Shown in pieces: positions 1 to 10,157 of a stretch of 64,000 bases of DNA; position 1 is the stretch's first letter; every line of letters begins with the position of its first letter. The position numbers and the translations under genes were made by a program. This DNA is from Hyphococcus sp. (lineage in GTDB: Bacteria > Pseudomonadota > Alphaproteobacteria > Caulobacterales > Parvularculaceae). Below the pieces are notes generated by a model. It was not told the origin of the DNA. It did not search any database and was given only the letters and a program-made list of their open reading frames with translations. The stretch covers positions 73 to 64,072 of the forward strand of contig JAJFFY010000011.1 in NCBI GenBank assembly GCA_021776415.1, in the 5' to 3' direction.

Positions 1-69
1 CAAATACGCCTTAGCGCAAAAAGCCTCCTCGGGATCTAAGAAACGAGCTATTTCAACAAGATTACCCAC
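1..69 (-). CDS. Partial CDS running off the left edge; DUF2007-like N-terminus
   Basis: Manual translation from GTG at 69: (M)GNLVEIARFLDPEEAFCAKAYL. Resembles the DUF2007 N-terminus. Not in the ORF track; the start could instead be 84. Confidence 0.5.
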   Translation of the reverse strand, partial: MGNLVEIARFLDPEEAFCAKAYL

Positions 70-182
70 AGCCCAATGATACACATTTTGAATGTTAGTG
101 TAAATTCAATAACAATCCTCATTGCATGCTATCCAACCGAAAAGAGTTGGAGACGGGTGCTTTCATACTTATAAGTAAAGAC

Positions 183-581
183 ATGCACTACAATCCCTGG
201 CAGCTTTTATTCCTCCTACTGGCGGCGCTCTTAATTGCCTCTTGCGCCACATATACGGCTGTGGACTATGCCCTCGTTGAATACAGCTGCGAGGATATTG
301 TCGTTGTCGGTCGCGCCAAGAATGTTGGCCATTCAGATTTGAAAACCGAAGATGACCTTTTGGACCATAGCATTTTCGAAATAGAGATTTCTATCAAGCA
401 AGTCTGGCGTGGCAACGAACACAGAAAAATCGTACAGGCATTCGGAATATCTCATGCCCCACTTCGTGAAGATAAGGATTTCGTTTTTGTACTCTCGCCA
501 AGAGATCGCCGCTACGAAGTTAAGACTGCATCCCTCTTCGATGATCGAGGACATGTAGCCTTAGCGGCAAGCTGCAGCTAA
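183..581 (+). CDS. Hypothetical lipoprotein
   Basis: Hydrophobic N-terminus with lipobox LIASC; lower GC; start refined to ATG 183. Confidence 0.6.
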   Translation: MHYNPWQLLFLLLAALLIASCATYTAVDYALVEYSCEDIVVVGRAKNVGHSDLKTEDDLLDHSIFEIEISIKQVWRGNEHRKIVQAFGISHAPLREDKDFVFVLSPRDRRYEVKTASLFDDRGHVALAASCS

Positions 582-704
582 CGTCCGGCTGTGGTCTCAA
601 TGGATCCACGCACCGCTGGCAAATGTCTAAAAGCGCTCGCAAAACCTGTCGGTCATCAAAGCAAAACCCTTTTCAACAGGCCGACTGGTCAAAAGACCGA
701 CTGG

Positions 705-1118
705 CTATGGATTTCGAACTTCGCACGCCGTGCTGCTGAACAGTGCGGCTGCAGGGTCAGGGTTGTCGGAATTATAAGCGATCTTAAATCCGCCCATCCA
801 ATCAACATTGTTGGCGCGCGCACGAAATCCGTTTGCAATAGCTGGTAGATCATCAACGGCAAAAGCGCAGTGCAGTCGCTGAGGACTATAGGTATCAAAT
901 GACACCCTGCAGGTCTTGCCTTCCATACCTTCCACGCGCCGCTTCATCGTATGACCGCTCAATGGATCATAAAAATCCTGGTCCAGAGGGCTGCATTCGG
1001 ACAAGTGGTCAGCAAAGGTTTTTATGTCGCGCGTTACGCGCCACCCGCCATATTGAAACATATAAAAGGTAATGCCGCATAAGCAAACCAAAGCGATACC
1101 CAACAACCATTTCAACAT
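705..1118 (-). CDS. Hypothetical membrane-anchored Cys-containing protein
   Basis: N-terminal TM segment (MLKWLLGIALVCLCGITFY) followed by a soluble domain with 4 Cys. Confidence 0.6.
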   Translation of the reverse strand: MLKWLLGIALVCLCGITFYMFQYGGWRVTRDIKTFADHLSECSPLDQDFYDPLSGHTMKRRVEGMEGKTCRVSFDTYSPQRLHCAFAVDDLPAIANGFRARANNVDWMGGFKIAYNSDNPDPAAALFSSTACEVRNP

Positions 1119-1246
1119 AATAATTCTCTCGACTGACAAGGTAATTACCATATAGACTAATGCGTAAGTTTTTGGAAGTTTGAATCCAAAGACAAACCCT
1201 GCAACCTTCGACCCGCTTTTGGTTGAAAATTGATGAGCATATCAGA

Positions 1247-1750
1247 ATGACCGCAAAACTAGCGCCAAAAAATTCACCTGCTTTATCTCTAAAAACAGAC
1301 ATTGCAGTCGTTTTCTTATCGACCCTGCTGGTGTCATCGTGTGGAAACGAACCCGCGTCAGAGGCCAAAGACAAAACTCAGGGGCGGGTTATTGAAATGG
1401 AAACTAATGGCGCAGAAATAAAAATTGCTCTTGATGATGATGGATTAACATCGTTGCCCGAATGGGCGCCAGTTAAATTCGAATTACCCAAAAATAGCTC
1501 GATACATATGACCCAGAGCGACCCTTTAGGCGGAGGTTTTTTAGGCATTGATTTGACGATGGCGCCTGATGAGGCAACCAGCTATTTTTCCAAAGCCCTT
1601 AGCGCTGAGGGTTGGTCGGAACGCGCCACACAAGGCTTGTCACACCAGAAAGAATTTACCAAGGCGGAATTTCACCTATTGATGTCTGTCATTCCCGCCA
1701 GGAAAAACGCAGCCCACTCTGAAGCCTCTTTCTTATTTTCAGTACAATAA
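1247..1750 (+). CDS. Hypothetical lipoprotein
   Basis: Lipobox LLVSSC; lower GC; start uncertain. Confidence 0.6.
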   Translation: MTAKLAPKNSPALSLKTDIAVVFLSTLLVSSCGNEPASEAKDKTQGRVIEMETNGAEIKIALDDDGLTSLPEWAPVKFELPKNSSIHMTQSDPLGGGFLGIDLTMAPDEATSYFSKALSAEGWSERATQGLSHQKEFTKAEFHLLMSVIPARKNAAHSEASFLFSVQ

Positions 1751-2004
1751 CTGTTTTCGTTAGATGGCTTATAAATTATACGGATCGCACATGATGAGTG
1801 TTTCGGCGACCGGTTGAGATCACACCCAAAGCAGACATAAAACCCGCCGGCGCTTTCGCGCAGAGCTAACAAACTGTTTAGCCCAGCTATTCGCACTGTA
1901 ACAGATGCGCGAGGCGGAGTGTTTTCATGCGTAACGTCCTTTTCAATTCCTCTAACCGTGCCTAGATGTCCTCCTTCACGCCGCGCAAAACTGGAGCCCG
2001 ACCC

Positions 2005-2886
2005 ATGACTGACGCCACATCTTACACACCGCCGAAAGTCTGGAAGTGGGACGCTGAAAGCGGCGGCCAATTTGCGAATATCAACCGCCCGATCGCCGGA
2101 GCGACCCACGACAAAGACCTGCCGGTCGGCAAGCACCCATTGCAGCTTTATTCGCTGGCGACGCCTAATGGCGTGAAGGTGACCGTGATGCTGGAGGAGT
2201 TGCTGGCGCTTGGTCATAAGGGCGCTGAGTATGATGCGCATTTGATCCGGATCACCGAGGGCGATCAGTTCTCGAGCGGCTTTGTCGCGGCCAATCCAAA
2301 CTCGAAGATCCCGGCGCTGATGGATGATTCGGCGTCGACACCGATACGGATTTTTGAATCCGGTGCGATCTTGCTCTATCTCGCAGAAAAGTTTGGCGCG
2401 TTTCTGCCCAGCGGTCCGGCCAAACGGGCGGAATGTATGTCGTGGCTGTTCTGGCAGATGGGGAGCGCGCCTTTTCTCGGCGGCGGCTTCGGTCATTTCT
2501 ACGCCTATGCGCCTGAAAAATTCGAATACCCGATCAATCGCTACGCCATGGAAGTAAAACGCCAGCTTGATGTTTTAAATCGTCACCTGGCGGACAATAA
2601 ATTTATGTGCGGCGACGATTATACGATCGCCGATATGGCGATCTGGCCGTGGTATGGCGCGGTGTTAAAAAATCTCGCCTATGATGCGGCGGAGTTTTTG
2701 GAAGCGCATACTTATACCAACGTCATCCGGTGGACCGATCAAATCGCCGAACGCCCGGCGGTTAAACGCGGGCGCATGGTCAACCGCGCCTGGGGCGAAC
2801 CGGAAGAACAACTTCTCGAACGCCATGACGCCAGCGACTTTGAGTTGAAAACCCAGGACAAAATCGGCGAGCCTGCGCCGGCTTGA
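2005..2886 (+). CDS. yghU: Glutathione-dependent disulfide-bond oxidoreductase (GST Nu class)
   Basis: YTPPKVW, LPVGKHPLQLYSLATPNGVKV, NPNSKIPAL and FESGAIL motifs; GGAG RBS before ATG 2005. Confidence 0.93.
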   Translation: MTDATSYTPPKVWKWDAESGGQFANINRPIAGATHDKDLPVGKHPLQLYSLATPNGVKVTVMLEELLALGHKGAEYDAHLIRITEGDQFSSGFVAANPNSKIPALMDDSASTPIRIFESGAILLYLAEKFGAFLPSGPAKRAECMSWLFWQMGSAPFLGGGFGHFYAYAPEKFEYPINRYAMEVKRQLDVLNRHLADNKFMCGDDYTIADMAIWPWYGAVLKNLAYDAAEFLEAHTYTNVIRWTDQIAERPAVKRGRMVNRAWGEPEEQLLERHDASDFELKTQDKIGEPAPA

Positions 2887-2897
2887 TGAAGAGCCTC

Positions 2898-3028
2898 TAA
2901 TACCAAAGTACAAAATGAACTCTTCATTTTGTACTTTGGCTAGGCCGACTGGCCGCCGCGCCTTATGGCGCGATAGCCTGCGTGGCGCTTGAACGCCCAA
3001 CGGTCATCCTTTTTGACCGTTGGTATCA
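2898..3028. repeat. MITE/RIME-like element of about 130 bp with terminal inverted repeats and internal hairpins
   Basis: ATACCAA (2900-2906) and TTGGTAT (3020-3026) termini; perfect 17-bp IR at 2903-2939; 10-bp IR at 2997-3023. Confidence 0.65.
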
Positions 3029-3030
3029 GT

Positions 3031-3561
3031 TTAAGCCCCAACTGTCAGGCTGGCCTGGCGCTGGGCGAAGACGCCAAGCTCGCGGCGTTTGAGCGTGCCA
3101 TTGCCATTAAGGTCGGCGGCGTTGAACAGCGCCGTTTGCGCGGCAACAAACTCATCAGCATTAATACGGCCATCACCGCCGGCAAAGGCGTAGAAGGCAT
3201 GCTGGGCGACGGCGTTAATACGAATGTGCTCGCTGCGCGACAGCGCCGCCGGACGGGTGCTCGGCAAGGCGATGAGGCTGGGCTCGTCCTCGGTCTCAAT
3301 CGCCACAAAACCGTTCAACTGCGCGAGCTCAGCTGTGGTGACAGAAAGGGCGGTATATTCATCAACATCAAGGGCTTGGTCGCCATTGCGGTCAGCATGC
3401 TCGAACACCAGCAAGGCATGATCGGCAAGCTCCGCCTGGGTCAGCGAGGACAGTGCGCCGTCACCATAAGCCGCGCCCGACGTCAGATCGTCAGGCTGGG
3501 CAAAAGCGAGGCCGGCAACGGCGGCGATAGCGGCGGCGGATTTTAACAATAACGGACCCAT
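3031..3561 (-). CDS. Secreted EF-hand calcium-binding protein
   Basis: Signal peptide; EF loops DRNGDQALDVDE, GGDGRINADE and DLNGNGTLKRRE; GGAGAG RBS. Confidence 0.8.
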   Translation of the reverse strand: MGPLLLKSAAAIAAVAGLAFAQPDDLTSGAAYGDGALSSLTQAELADHALLVFEHADRNGDQALDVDEYTALSVTTAELAQLNGFVAIETEDEPSLIALPSTRPAALSRSEHIRINAVAQHAFYAFAGGDGRINADEFVAAQTALFNAADLNGNGTLKRRELGVFAQRQASLTVGA

Positions 3562-3987
3562 GGCTCTCTCCTGTTTCGATGGAGAGGAAGATGAGGGGCG
3601 ATGCTGGCCGATTATCGAAGAAATCGTGATTTTCTGGTGGCGGGTGCGGCGAAAATGGGGCGCGGGGCGCATCTTAGGGGCGTCAACTGCAACTTATAGC
3701 GTGAAATAGGCGGAATATTCGTTGTCTGAATAATGGTTTTAAGAGTTGCGGACTTGTAGAGCACCGCAAAGGCCCCGGCGGCTGTTTTACTTTGAGCAGA
3801 TTCAAAAAAATCATCGTTATTTAAGCCTTTATTTTCTTTGTTCTATATAAATTTGGCCTCAGCTAAGGACCGCTTGAGATAACAAAGTGGGCGTGGCGAT
3901 AATTCCTAGCCGCCGCTGAATCCAGTGAGATTGGCCGACTGGAGCTTGAGCAGGCCGAAGCCAACAGTACGATAGGACCATAGCAAT

Positions 3988-4242
3988 ATGACCAACGAGT
4001 ACGCCAAATTTGCCGACGGCTATATCGAGAAAAATATCGTCGCAGACGGCTATCCTCCGGAAGGTGACAACAGCGTTGCCGAAATGCACGCCAAGAAGTG
4101 CGCTCAAAAAGCCATAAGCGCCGGGTTAAACGCCACCAAGTTCGAATTTATGCTTAGCATGACGCTTACTCAATACATCGCCAATGCTATTGGCCGCATA
4201 AATGATGCCGAAGTCGAACGGCAAAGCGACAAAGATCAATAG
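3988..4242 (+). CDS. Small helical protein, DUF768-like
   Basis: Pattern F..GYIEKNI...YPPEGDNS..A..C...A..AG...YIANAI..IND.EV resembles alphaproteobacterial DUF768 proteins; AGGA RBS. Confidence 0.55.
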   Translation: MTNEYAKFADGYIEKNIVADGYPPEGDNSVAEMHAKKCAQKAISAGLNATKFEFMLSMTLTQYIANAIGRINDAEVERQSDKDQ

Positions 4243-4253
4243 AGGACCGGCAC

Positions 4254-5054
4254 ATGAAGAAAGCACTGATAAGTTTCGCAATCAGTTCACTCCTCGCCGG
4301 GTGTGGGACGTATTCCGAAACCGGCGTTGCCAGCAGTCTCGATGATGCCCTATTTGGCAAATTCGGTATCAGCCGATCTGGGGTTGCCGACACGCCGCTC
4401 GCTGCGGACGTATATCGTATACGCGGCTATGGAAACCAGAATGCGTCGTTCGAAAAGACCAATGCGGTTGCGATGGTCAAAGCAGCTGTCCTAGCATCTG
4501 AAAATGGGTATCATCGGTTTAACGTGTTGGACTTTGACACTTGGCAAAAAACTTCAGTTCACTCGACGCCCGCCACAGCCGAAACAACTACAAATATCAG
4601 CGCGAATTCCTATGGCGGCTATATCACGGGATCTGCTACTTCGACGACAACCATCACACCAGGCCAAACCTACACGCTCGACAGGCCGCGGACCGATATT
4701 GTTGTTCAATTTGTTCGCAATGATTCTGCTGAAGCCGCATCCGCACTACGTGTTTCTGATATCATCGTGCGCTACGGTAAGAAAGCAGGGCTGACGCCGG
4801 AAGAGATGCAGGCCGCAATTAATATTGCTCCGGAACCCATGACCAATGAGACAACGCAGCAACCTATTGCTGAACCGAGGCAAGTGGTTGCGCCTATTCA
4901 AGCAAAAATTTCAAGGCCTGTAACACATCTACAAGATGGTCCGACACTTGATGAAATCTACAAGATGCTATCGGCTTCACAAAAAGCACAAGTCAACAAC
5001 TTACCGCCGGCACAGCGTGCTGATTTTCTCAGAATGATTCGGGATCATGAATGA
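4254..5054 (+). CDS. CC0125/CC1285-family-like lipoprotein with C-terminal extension
   Basis: Lipobox LLAGC; YRIRGYGN...KAAVLASENGYHRF motif; GAGG RBS. Confidence 0.7.
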   Translation: MKKALISFAISSLLAGCGTYSETGVASSLDDALFGKFGISRSGVADTPLAADVYRIRGYGNQNASFEKTNAVAMVKAAVLASENGYHRFNVLDFDTWQKTSVHSTPATAETTTNISANSYGGYITGSATSTTTITPGQTYTLDRPRTDIVVQFVRNDSAEAASALRVSDIIVRYGKKAGLTPEEMQAAINIAPEPMTNETTQQPIAEPRQVVAPIQAKISRPVTHLQDGPTLDEIYKMLSASQKAQVNNLPPAQRADFLRMIRDHE

Positions 5055-5143
5055 TCTTGAGACTTTTTTGCCGATAAATATGTGAGCGTTCGGGAGAGCA
5101 TCGAAGGGCTTTACAAGTCGCTCGCCTTTTAATTGTGCGGTGC

Positions 5144-6097
5144 TTATTCCGCTGGCTGGACCCCAGGTTTCGGCGAAGATGCGTCCGCGGGTTCACTCGC
5201 CGTCGGATTAAGCCGGCGCCAGCGCGCCTTGATCATCGCCGAGGTCATGCGCGAGCCGTCCGGTGACCAGCCCGGCGGGCCCCACAGATAACCGCCGACT
5301 TCGCGCAGGGAACGCGCGCTGCGCAGATCCTTTGCCAAGCCGATCCATTCATGAAAGCCGATCATCAGCGGATTAAACGTGGTGAGGTTTTTGATAATCC
5401 CGTAACGCGGCGCCTCGGTATCTTCTTCAGCCACGAACGTTCCGAACATCCGGTCCCAGATGATCAGCATCCCGGCATAATTCGCATCGAGATAGCGCGG
5501 ATTGGTGGCGTGGTGGACGCGGTGATGGCTCGGCGTGTTAAACACCCATTCGAACGGGCCCATACGTTTGATAAGTTCGGTGTGGATCCAGAACTGATAG
5601 ACAAGATTTACACCGCCAACGAATAATACCAACAGCGGCGGGAACCCGATCAACGCCAGGGGTAGCCAGAAGATGGCCGAAAATGAGAGCTTCCCGGTCC
5701 AGGTCTGACGCAGCGCCGTCGACAGATTGTAGTGCTGCGAGGAATGATGGATCACATGGCTCGCCCAGAACCAGCGCCGCTCATGGGCGATGCGGTGAAA
5801 CCAGTAATAAGCAAAGTCGTCAACGACAATGCAGATCAATATCGCCCACCAGGTGATCGGCATGGCCTCGATCAGCCGGAACTGATAGACCCAGCTATAG
5901 ATCAAATAAACCAGCGCGCCGGCGCCGATCACCGCAATAAGATTGTTGCCGAGCCCCATAGCGAGGCTTGAAAACGTGTCTTTGGTTTCATAGCGCCCGC
6001 GCCCGCTGCGCCGGACGACAAACATTTCCAAAATAATCAACAGGATAAAAGCCGGCACGGCGTAAGCGACAACATCAGGGAACGAGACGTCTTGCAT
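5144..6097 (-). CDS. Sterol desaturase / alkylglycerol monooxygenase-like fatty acid hydroxylase
   Basis: His boxes HRIAH, HVIHHSS, FWIH and HHRVHH; LSTALRQ; WDRMFGTF. Confidence 0.9.
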   Translation of the reverse strand: MQDVSFPDVVAYAVPAFILLIILEMFVVRRSGRGRYETKDTFSSLAMGLGNNLIAVIGAGALVYLIYSWVYQFRLIEAMPITWWAILICIVVDDFAYYWFHRIAHERRWFWASHVIHHSSQHYNLSTALRQTWTGKLSFSAIFWLPLALIGFPPLLVLFVGGVNLVYQFWIHTELIKRMGPFEWVFNTPSHHRVHHATNPRYLDANYAGMLIIWDRMFGTFVAEEDTEAPRYGIIKNLTTFNPLMIGFHEWIGLAKDLRSARSLREVGGYLWGPPGWSPDGSRMTSAMIKARWRRLNPTASEPADASSPKPGVQPAE

Positions 6098-6693
6098 CAC
6101 TGTTCTCCCCGGTCACAGGCAATGCGCGTCGCCGCCAATTTAATCCGCTTCACCCATTCGCCGGTCTCATCTTTGGTATAGCCGATCCGCGCCCAATGAT
6201 CGGCGTCCTCAATGATAAACTCCGCCTTGAAGTTTGGGCGCTCGGGATAGACCTGCCACATCGTCAAGACGCCATCTTGCATTTTTGCGCGCAGGTCCTG
6301 AACCTGACGGCTGGCTGTGGCCACCCACATCATGTCCCACTCATCGTCTTCACTGTCGAACATGCGCACATTAACGCCGCGCGGCGTATCCGGATTGACG
6401 CCGGGATCAGTCGTATACCACTCATCGACAATCGCCATGCCGTCCAGACCATACCAGCCGTTCCAGCGCGCCGGCGCGCCTGGCCGCGGCGGAGACCATG
6501 CTTCTCCCTGCCAGGCATGACCAGAAATCGTGTAGTCGCCAATCAGGAACGCGAATTGCGCCAGTTCTTCAGCTGCGTTTTCGTGCGGCGCGCCATAATC
6601 GCAACGCGGGGACGCCAGGTCTTCTGCATACAAAGTAGATGTTGCAAAGCAGGTAATGACAAATGCGGTTATGTAGGTTTCAAATTTTGACAT
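6097..6693 (-). CDS. Secreted hypothetical protein (DUF1579-like beta-barrel)
   Basis: Signal peptide; QFAFLIGDY motif; stop overlaps the desaturase start. Confidence 0.65.
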   Translation of the reverse strand: MSKFETYITAFVITCFATSTLYAEDLASPRCDYGAPHENAAEELAQFAFLIGDYTISGHAWQGEAWSPPRPGAPARWNGWYGLDGMAIVDEWYTTDPGVNPDTPRGVNVRMFDSEDDEWDMMWVATASRQVQDLRAKMQDGVLTMWQVYPERPNFKAEFIIEDADHWARIGYTKDETGEWVKRIKLAATRIACDRGEQ

Positions 6694-6733
6694 CGGCTCA
6701 CCCTATCGTATCTCTCCGAAGAACCACACCCTT

Positions 6734-7123
6734 CTATGCAGAAGCGCGCAACCAAGACGCAGCCTGGCTTTCCGGCAAGGTAAAATGAACTTCCCTGGCG
6801 GTATTGTCTGCCCGGGGGACGGTCAGCACGCCATCCTTATAGAATGGCGCTGGCGAGGTTGCGCCAAGACGCCGCGTTACAAGCCCGTCGCCATGGACGA
6901 TCACCACCGCCAACTCGCCGGCTTCGTTGCGCGCCAGCGCTGCGTCCTCGCCGATCAGCCAGTCTGTCGGATCGAAATCAGGCTCGTCAAAACCCAGCCT
7001 TTCGGCGGCGGCGGCGTGGTCGATACTGCGCCCGCCGGGGCCGAAAATCAGCCGCGCCAGCAACACCAAGAACGAAACCCCGGCGATCGAAATCACCAGA
7101 TCGAGGATGGGGTTGCCGGTCAT
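6734..7123 (-). CDS. Hypothetical membrane-anchored protein
   Basis: N-terminal TM segment; directly downstream of ndk. Confidence 0.7.
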   Translation of the reverse strand: MTGNPILDLVISIAGVSFLVLLARLIFGPGGRSIDHAAAAERLGFDEPDFDPTDWLIGEDAALARNEAGELAVVIVHGDGLVTRRLGATSPAPFYKDGVLTVPRADNTAREVHFTLPESQAASWLRASA

Positions 7124-7130
7124 CTACCGC

Positions 7131-7553
7131 CTACCCGACGATTTCGTCGGCGGAGAAGAAAAAGCCGATTTCTTCTTTTGCGGTCTCCGGCGCATCAGAG
7201 CCGTGCACGGAGTTCTCACCAATCGACAGAGCAAAGTCCGCGCGGATGGTGCCGGCGGCGGCGTCTGCCGGGATGGTCGCGCCCATGATTTCACGGTTGC
7301 GGGCAACGGCGCTCTCGCCTTCCAGAACCTGTACGACGACCGGTTCGGAGATCATGAAATCCACCAACTCGCCGAAGAACGGACGGTCTTTATGGACGCC
7401 GTAAAAGCCCTCGGCCTGCTCGCGGGTCATGTGGATACGTTTTGAAGCGACGACGCGCAGGCCGCCTTCTTCCAGCTTGGCGACGATTTTGCCGGTCAGA
7501 TTGCGGCGGGTGGCGTCGGGTTTTATGATCGAAAAGGTGCGTTCTAGCGCCAT
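7131..7553 (-). CDS. ndk: Nucleoside diphosphate kinase
   Basis: [18 protein letters not shown] and NSVHGSD (catalytic His); GAGGA RBS. Confidence 0.98.
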   Translation of the reverse strand: MALERTFSIIKPDATRRNLTGKIVAKLEEGGLRVVASKRIHMTREQAEGFYGVHKDRPFFGELVDFMISEPVVVQVLEGESAVARNREIMGATIPADAAAGTIRADFALSIGENSVHGSDAPETAKEEIGFFFSADEIVG

Positions 7554-7689
7554 AGTGATATCCTCTACACGGAAAACTGTTGATTCGGTCGCGCTTCGTA
7601 TCAACGCAAAGGCGTTGCGGCAAGCGTCCAAATCGCCTCAGTATGCTGAAAGCCCTCGCAATATGACGGGCGAGAGACGGGAGAACCAA

Positions 7690-8043
7690 ATGTCCGATCC
7701 GGTAATTTCCACCGACCCCGGCCAGGCCGGCAACGCCAATCTGATCTATATCCTCTATCTCGTGTCCTGTGTCGTCGGCGTGACGGCGATCGTCGGCGTG
7801 GTCATGGCCTATATGGCCAAGGATGACGCCCCAGACTGGCTGCGATCGCATTATCACAATCAGATCAATATATTCTGGAAAGCCCTGCTTTATATGGCAG
7901 CCGGCATGGTCTTGAGCATCGTTCTGATCGGGTTTTTGATCATCCTGGCGGCGTTGGTCTGGTATATTATCCGCATCGTGAAGGGTATGCAGACCCTGGC
8001 TAAAGGCGAGCCTTATCCCGATCCATCAAGCTGGACGTTTTGA
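7690..8043 (+). CDS. DUF4870-family membrane protein
   Basis: IYILY...GVVMAY...WLRSHY..QI..FW...RIVKG pattern. Confidence 0.8.
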   Translation: MSDPVISTDPGQAGNANLIYILYLVSCVVGVTAIVGVVMAYMAKDDAPDWLRSHYHNQINIFWKALLYMAAGMVLSIVLIGFLIILAALVWYIIRIVKGMQTLAKGEPYPDPSSWTF

Positions 8044-8231
8044 TCGCGGCCTATTGATCGCAGCCTGGCCGCAACGTCCCGCCTCTGCCTTAAGGCGCCA
8101 GATTTGCGCGCGGTAAGGATCGAATCGCGTGTAGAGTGTCGCCAATACTGCCTGACCAGTTGATTCGGCCGCTGGCCGACCGCGCGCACAACCGTTGCGT
8201 TCATCCCATTCACAATGCCTAGGAGCAAGCT

Positions 8232-8519
8232 ATGAACGACTTCATCAACAGATTTAAATCTTTCGACAAACTCATCGCCACCAGCCTGATCAAGCTGCTT
8301 TATTGGATCGGCATCGTCGTCATCGCGCTTGGCGTTCTGGCCGGAATTCTCGGCGGTTTCTCCAATGGCTTCACCTCCGGCATCGCCAGCCTTGTCCTGG
8401 CGCCGCTTGGCGGCGTTCTCGGGGTGATCTTTTGGCGTTTCCTGTGCGAGATTTATATCGTCATTTTCGGCATGTATGACCGCCTCGGCGAAATCCAGAA
8501 ATCACTCGCCAAGGATTAA
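8232..8519 (+). CDS. DUF4282-family membrane protein
   Basis: SFDKLIA..LIKLLYW...R..CE..IVIF pattern; AGGAG RBS. Confidence 0.8.
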   Translation: MNDFINRFKSFDKLIATSLIKLLYWIGIVVIALGVLAGILGGFSNGFTSGIASLVLAPLGGVLGVIFWRFLCEIYIVIFGMYDRLGEIQKSLAKD

Positions 8520-8685
8520 CCAAGACCGGTTTCAGACTACTGATTTTCGGGCCGAATGACGCCGCGCTGGCAACGGCGCGGCGTTTGGCTTGGTCTTATG
8601 TGAAAATCGGCGCGATTTTTGGATTACCCTCTCCAAATTCGCAAACAAAGCGCTTATATAGAGGCCCAGCCGCGTTGTGAGTAAG

Positions 8686-9027
8686 ATGTCCGTCACCGAC
8701 CAGATCCCCGTTTCCGTATCCGCCCGCGCCGCGACCAAGATCGCCGCGATCCTCGCCAAAGAACCGGCGGGTGCGATGTTGCGCGTCGCGGTCGAGGGCG
8801 GCGGCTGCTCCGGCTTTCAGTACAAGTTCGATATTGTCGCCGCGCGCGAGGACGACGATCTGGTGCTCGACGCAGACGGCTACTCCGTCCTGATCGACAG
8901 CGTCTCGGTCGACTACATGGCCGGGTCTGAAATCGACTTCTCCGACGAGTTGATCGGCGCAGCGTTCAAGATCAACAATCCGAACGCGACAGCATCTTGC
9001 GGCTGTGGGACGAGTTTTTCTTTGTAG
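8686..9027 (+). CDS. erpA: A-type Fe-S cluster carrier (HesB/IscA/ErpA)
   Basis: GGGCSGFQY and NPNATASCGCGTSF motifs. Confidence 0.9.
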   Translation: MSVTDQIPVSVSARAATKIAAILAKEPAGAMLRVAVEGGGCSGFQYKFDIVAAREDDDLVLDADGYSVLIDSVSVDYMAGSEIDFSDELIGAAFKINNPNATASCGCGTSFSL

Positions 9028-9060
9028 CGAATAAAGCTTTCGCTCTGTCGTCGCGGCTAC

Positions 9061-10056
9061 TCAATCAATCGTAACAACAATTTTTCCCTGTGACCGTCCG
9101 GTCTTGCTGCGCTCAAAGGCTGCTTGAACCTGGTCCAGCGTAAACGTTGAATCAATGATCGCCCGGATCTTGCCCGCTTCAATTAACGCGGCAATCTCTG
9201 ACAGCTGGCCTCCATCGGCATACATCAAAAGATGCTTGTAAATGGCGCCGTGTTTTTTAGCCTGCTTTTCCATCTTGTTATTGTGAAGGCGCGCAACCAG
9301 CTTGACGATAAAACCGGACGTATATTCGCCAACCGTTTCATTGTCGGGGATGCCCAGAACCGTCACCAGAACACCGCCTGGCTTTAATACTTTATAAGAG
9401 GCTTCGTGGACCGCTTCGCCCAGCGTATCCAGAACGATGTCATAACCGCTCAACTCATCTTCAATCTTTTGAGACTGGTAGTCGATGATGACATCAGCGC
9501 CCAATTCTTTCAGCAACGCAAAACGTTTTTGGCTCGCCGTCGTCGCCACATAGGCGCCGCAGGCTTTCGCGTATTGGATTGCAAACGTCCCAACGCCGCC
9601 GGCGCCGGCATGGATCAACACTTTTGAACCCGGCACCATGCCGCCTTTTTCTTTGAGCGCCTGCAACGAGGTCAGCCCAACCAACGGGATAGAGGCCGCC
9701 TCTTCAAAAGACATGTTGCTCGGTTTGCGCGCAACCAGATTTGCTGGAAGCACGAAATATTGCGCGAATGTTCCCATATCCATTTTGTAGCAGCGAAAGA
9801 AAACTTCATCGCCAACTTTGAAATCGGAAACACCGTCGCCCAGTTGCTCAATAATCCCGGCGCCATCACTGCCAAGCATGATCGGAAAGGGAAACTTCAA
9901 AAGCGCCTTCAAATCACCCTTGGCAATTTTCCAATCAATCGGATTGACGCTGGCCGCTTTCATTTTGATCAACACATGCCCGGGCGGCAAATCAGGCATC
10001 GCCCGCTCGCCGATCTGAGCCTTTGACCCGTATGAATTGATATATGCCGCTTTCAA
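9061..10056 (-). CDS. NADP-dependent oxidoreductase (MDR / quinone oxidoreductase-like)
   Basis: AASVNPIDWK, HAGAGGVG and GKIVV; TTG start with GAGGAG RBS. Confidence 0.9.
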   Translation of the reverse strand: MKAAYINSYGSKAQIGERAMPDLPPGHVLIKMKAASVNPIDWKIAKGDLKALLKFPFPIMLGSDGAGIIEQLGDGVSDFKVGDEVFFRCYKMDMGTFAQYFVLPANLVARKPSNMSFEEAASIPLVGLTSLQALKEKGGMVPGSKVLIHAGAGGVGTFAIQYAKACGAYVATTASQKRFALLKELGADVIIDYQSQKIEDELSGYDIVLDTLGEAVHEASYKVLKPGGVLVTVLGIPDNETVGEYTSGFIVKLVARLHNNKMEKQAKKHGAIYKHLLMYADGGQLSEIAALIEAGKIRAIIDSTFTLDQVQAAFERSKTGRSQGKIVVTID

Positions 10057-10157
10057 TGCGCTCTCCTCAAAATGTTAGCCCGATTTGGCGAAAGTAAGGA
10101 TTTCGGTTTTGCCAGACAGCGTCAACACCATCTTACATACGCAAATGTTTGAGTTCG

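Noticed and set aside
9061-10157. Genomic island integrated at the tRNA-Leu 3' end
   Set aside because: The downstream oxidoreductase is slightly AT-richer, but I found no integrase and no duplicated tRNA 3' end
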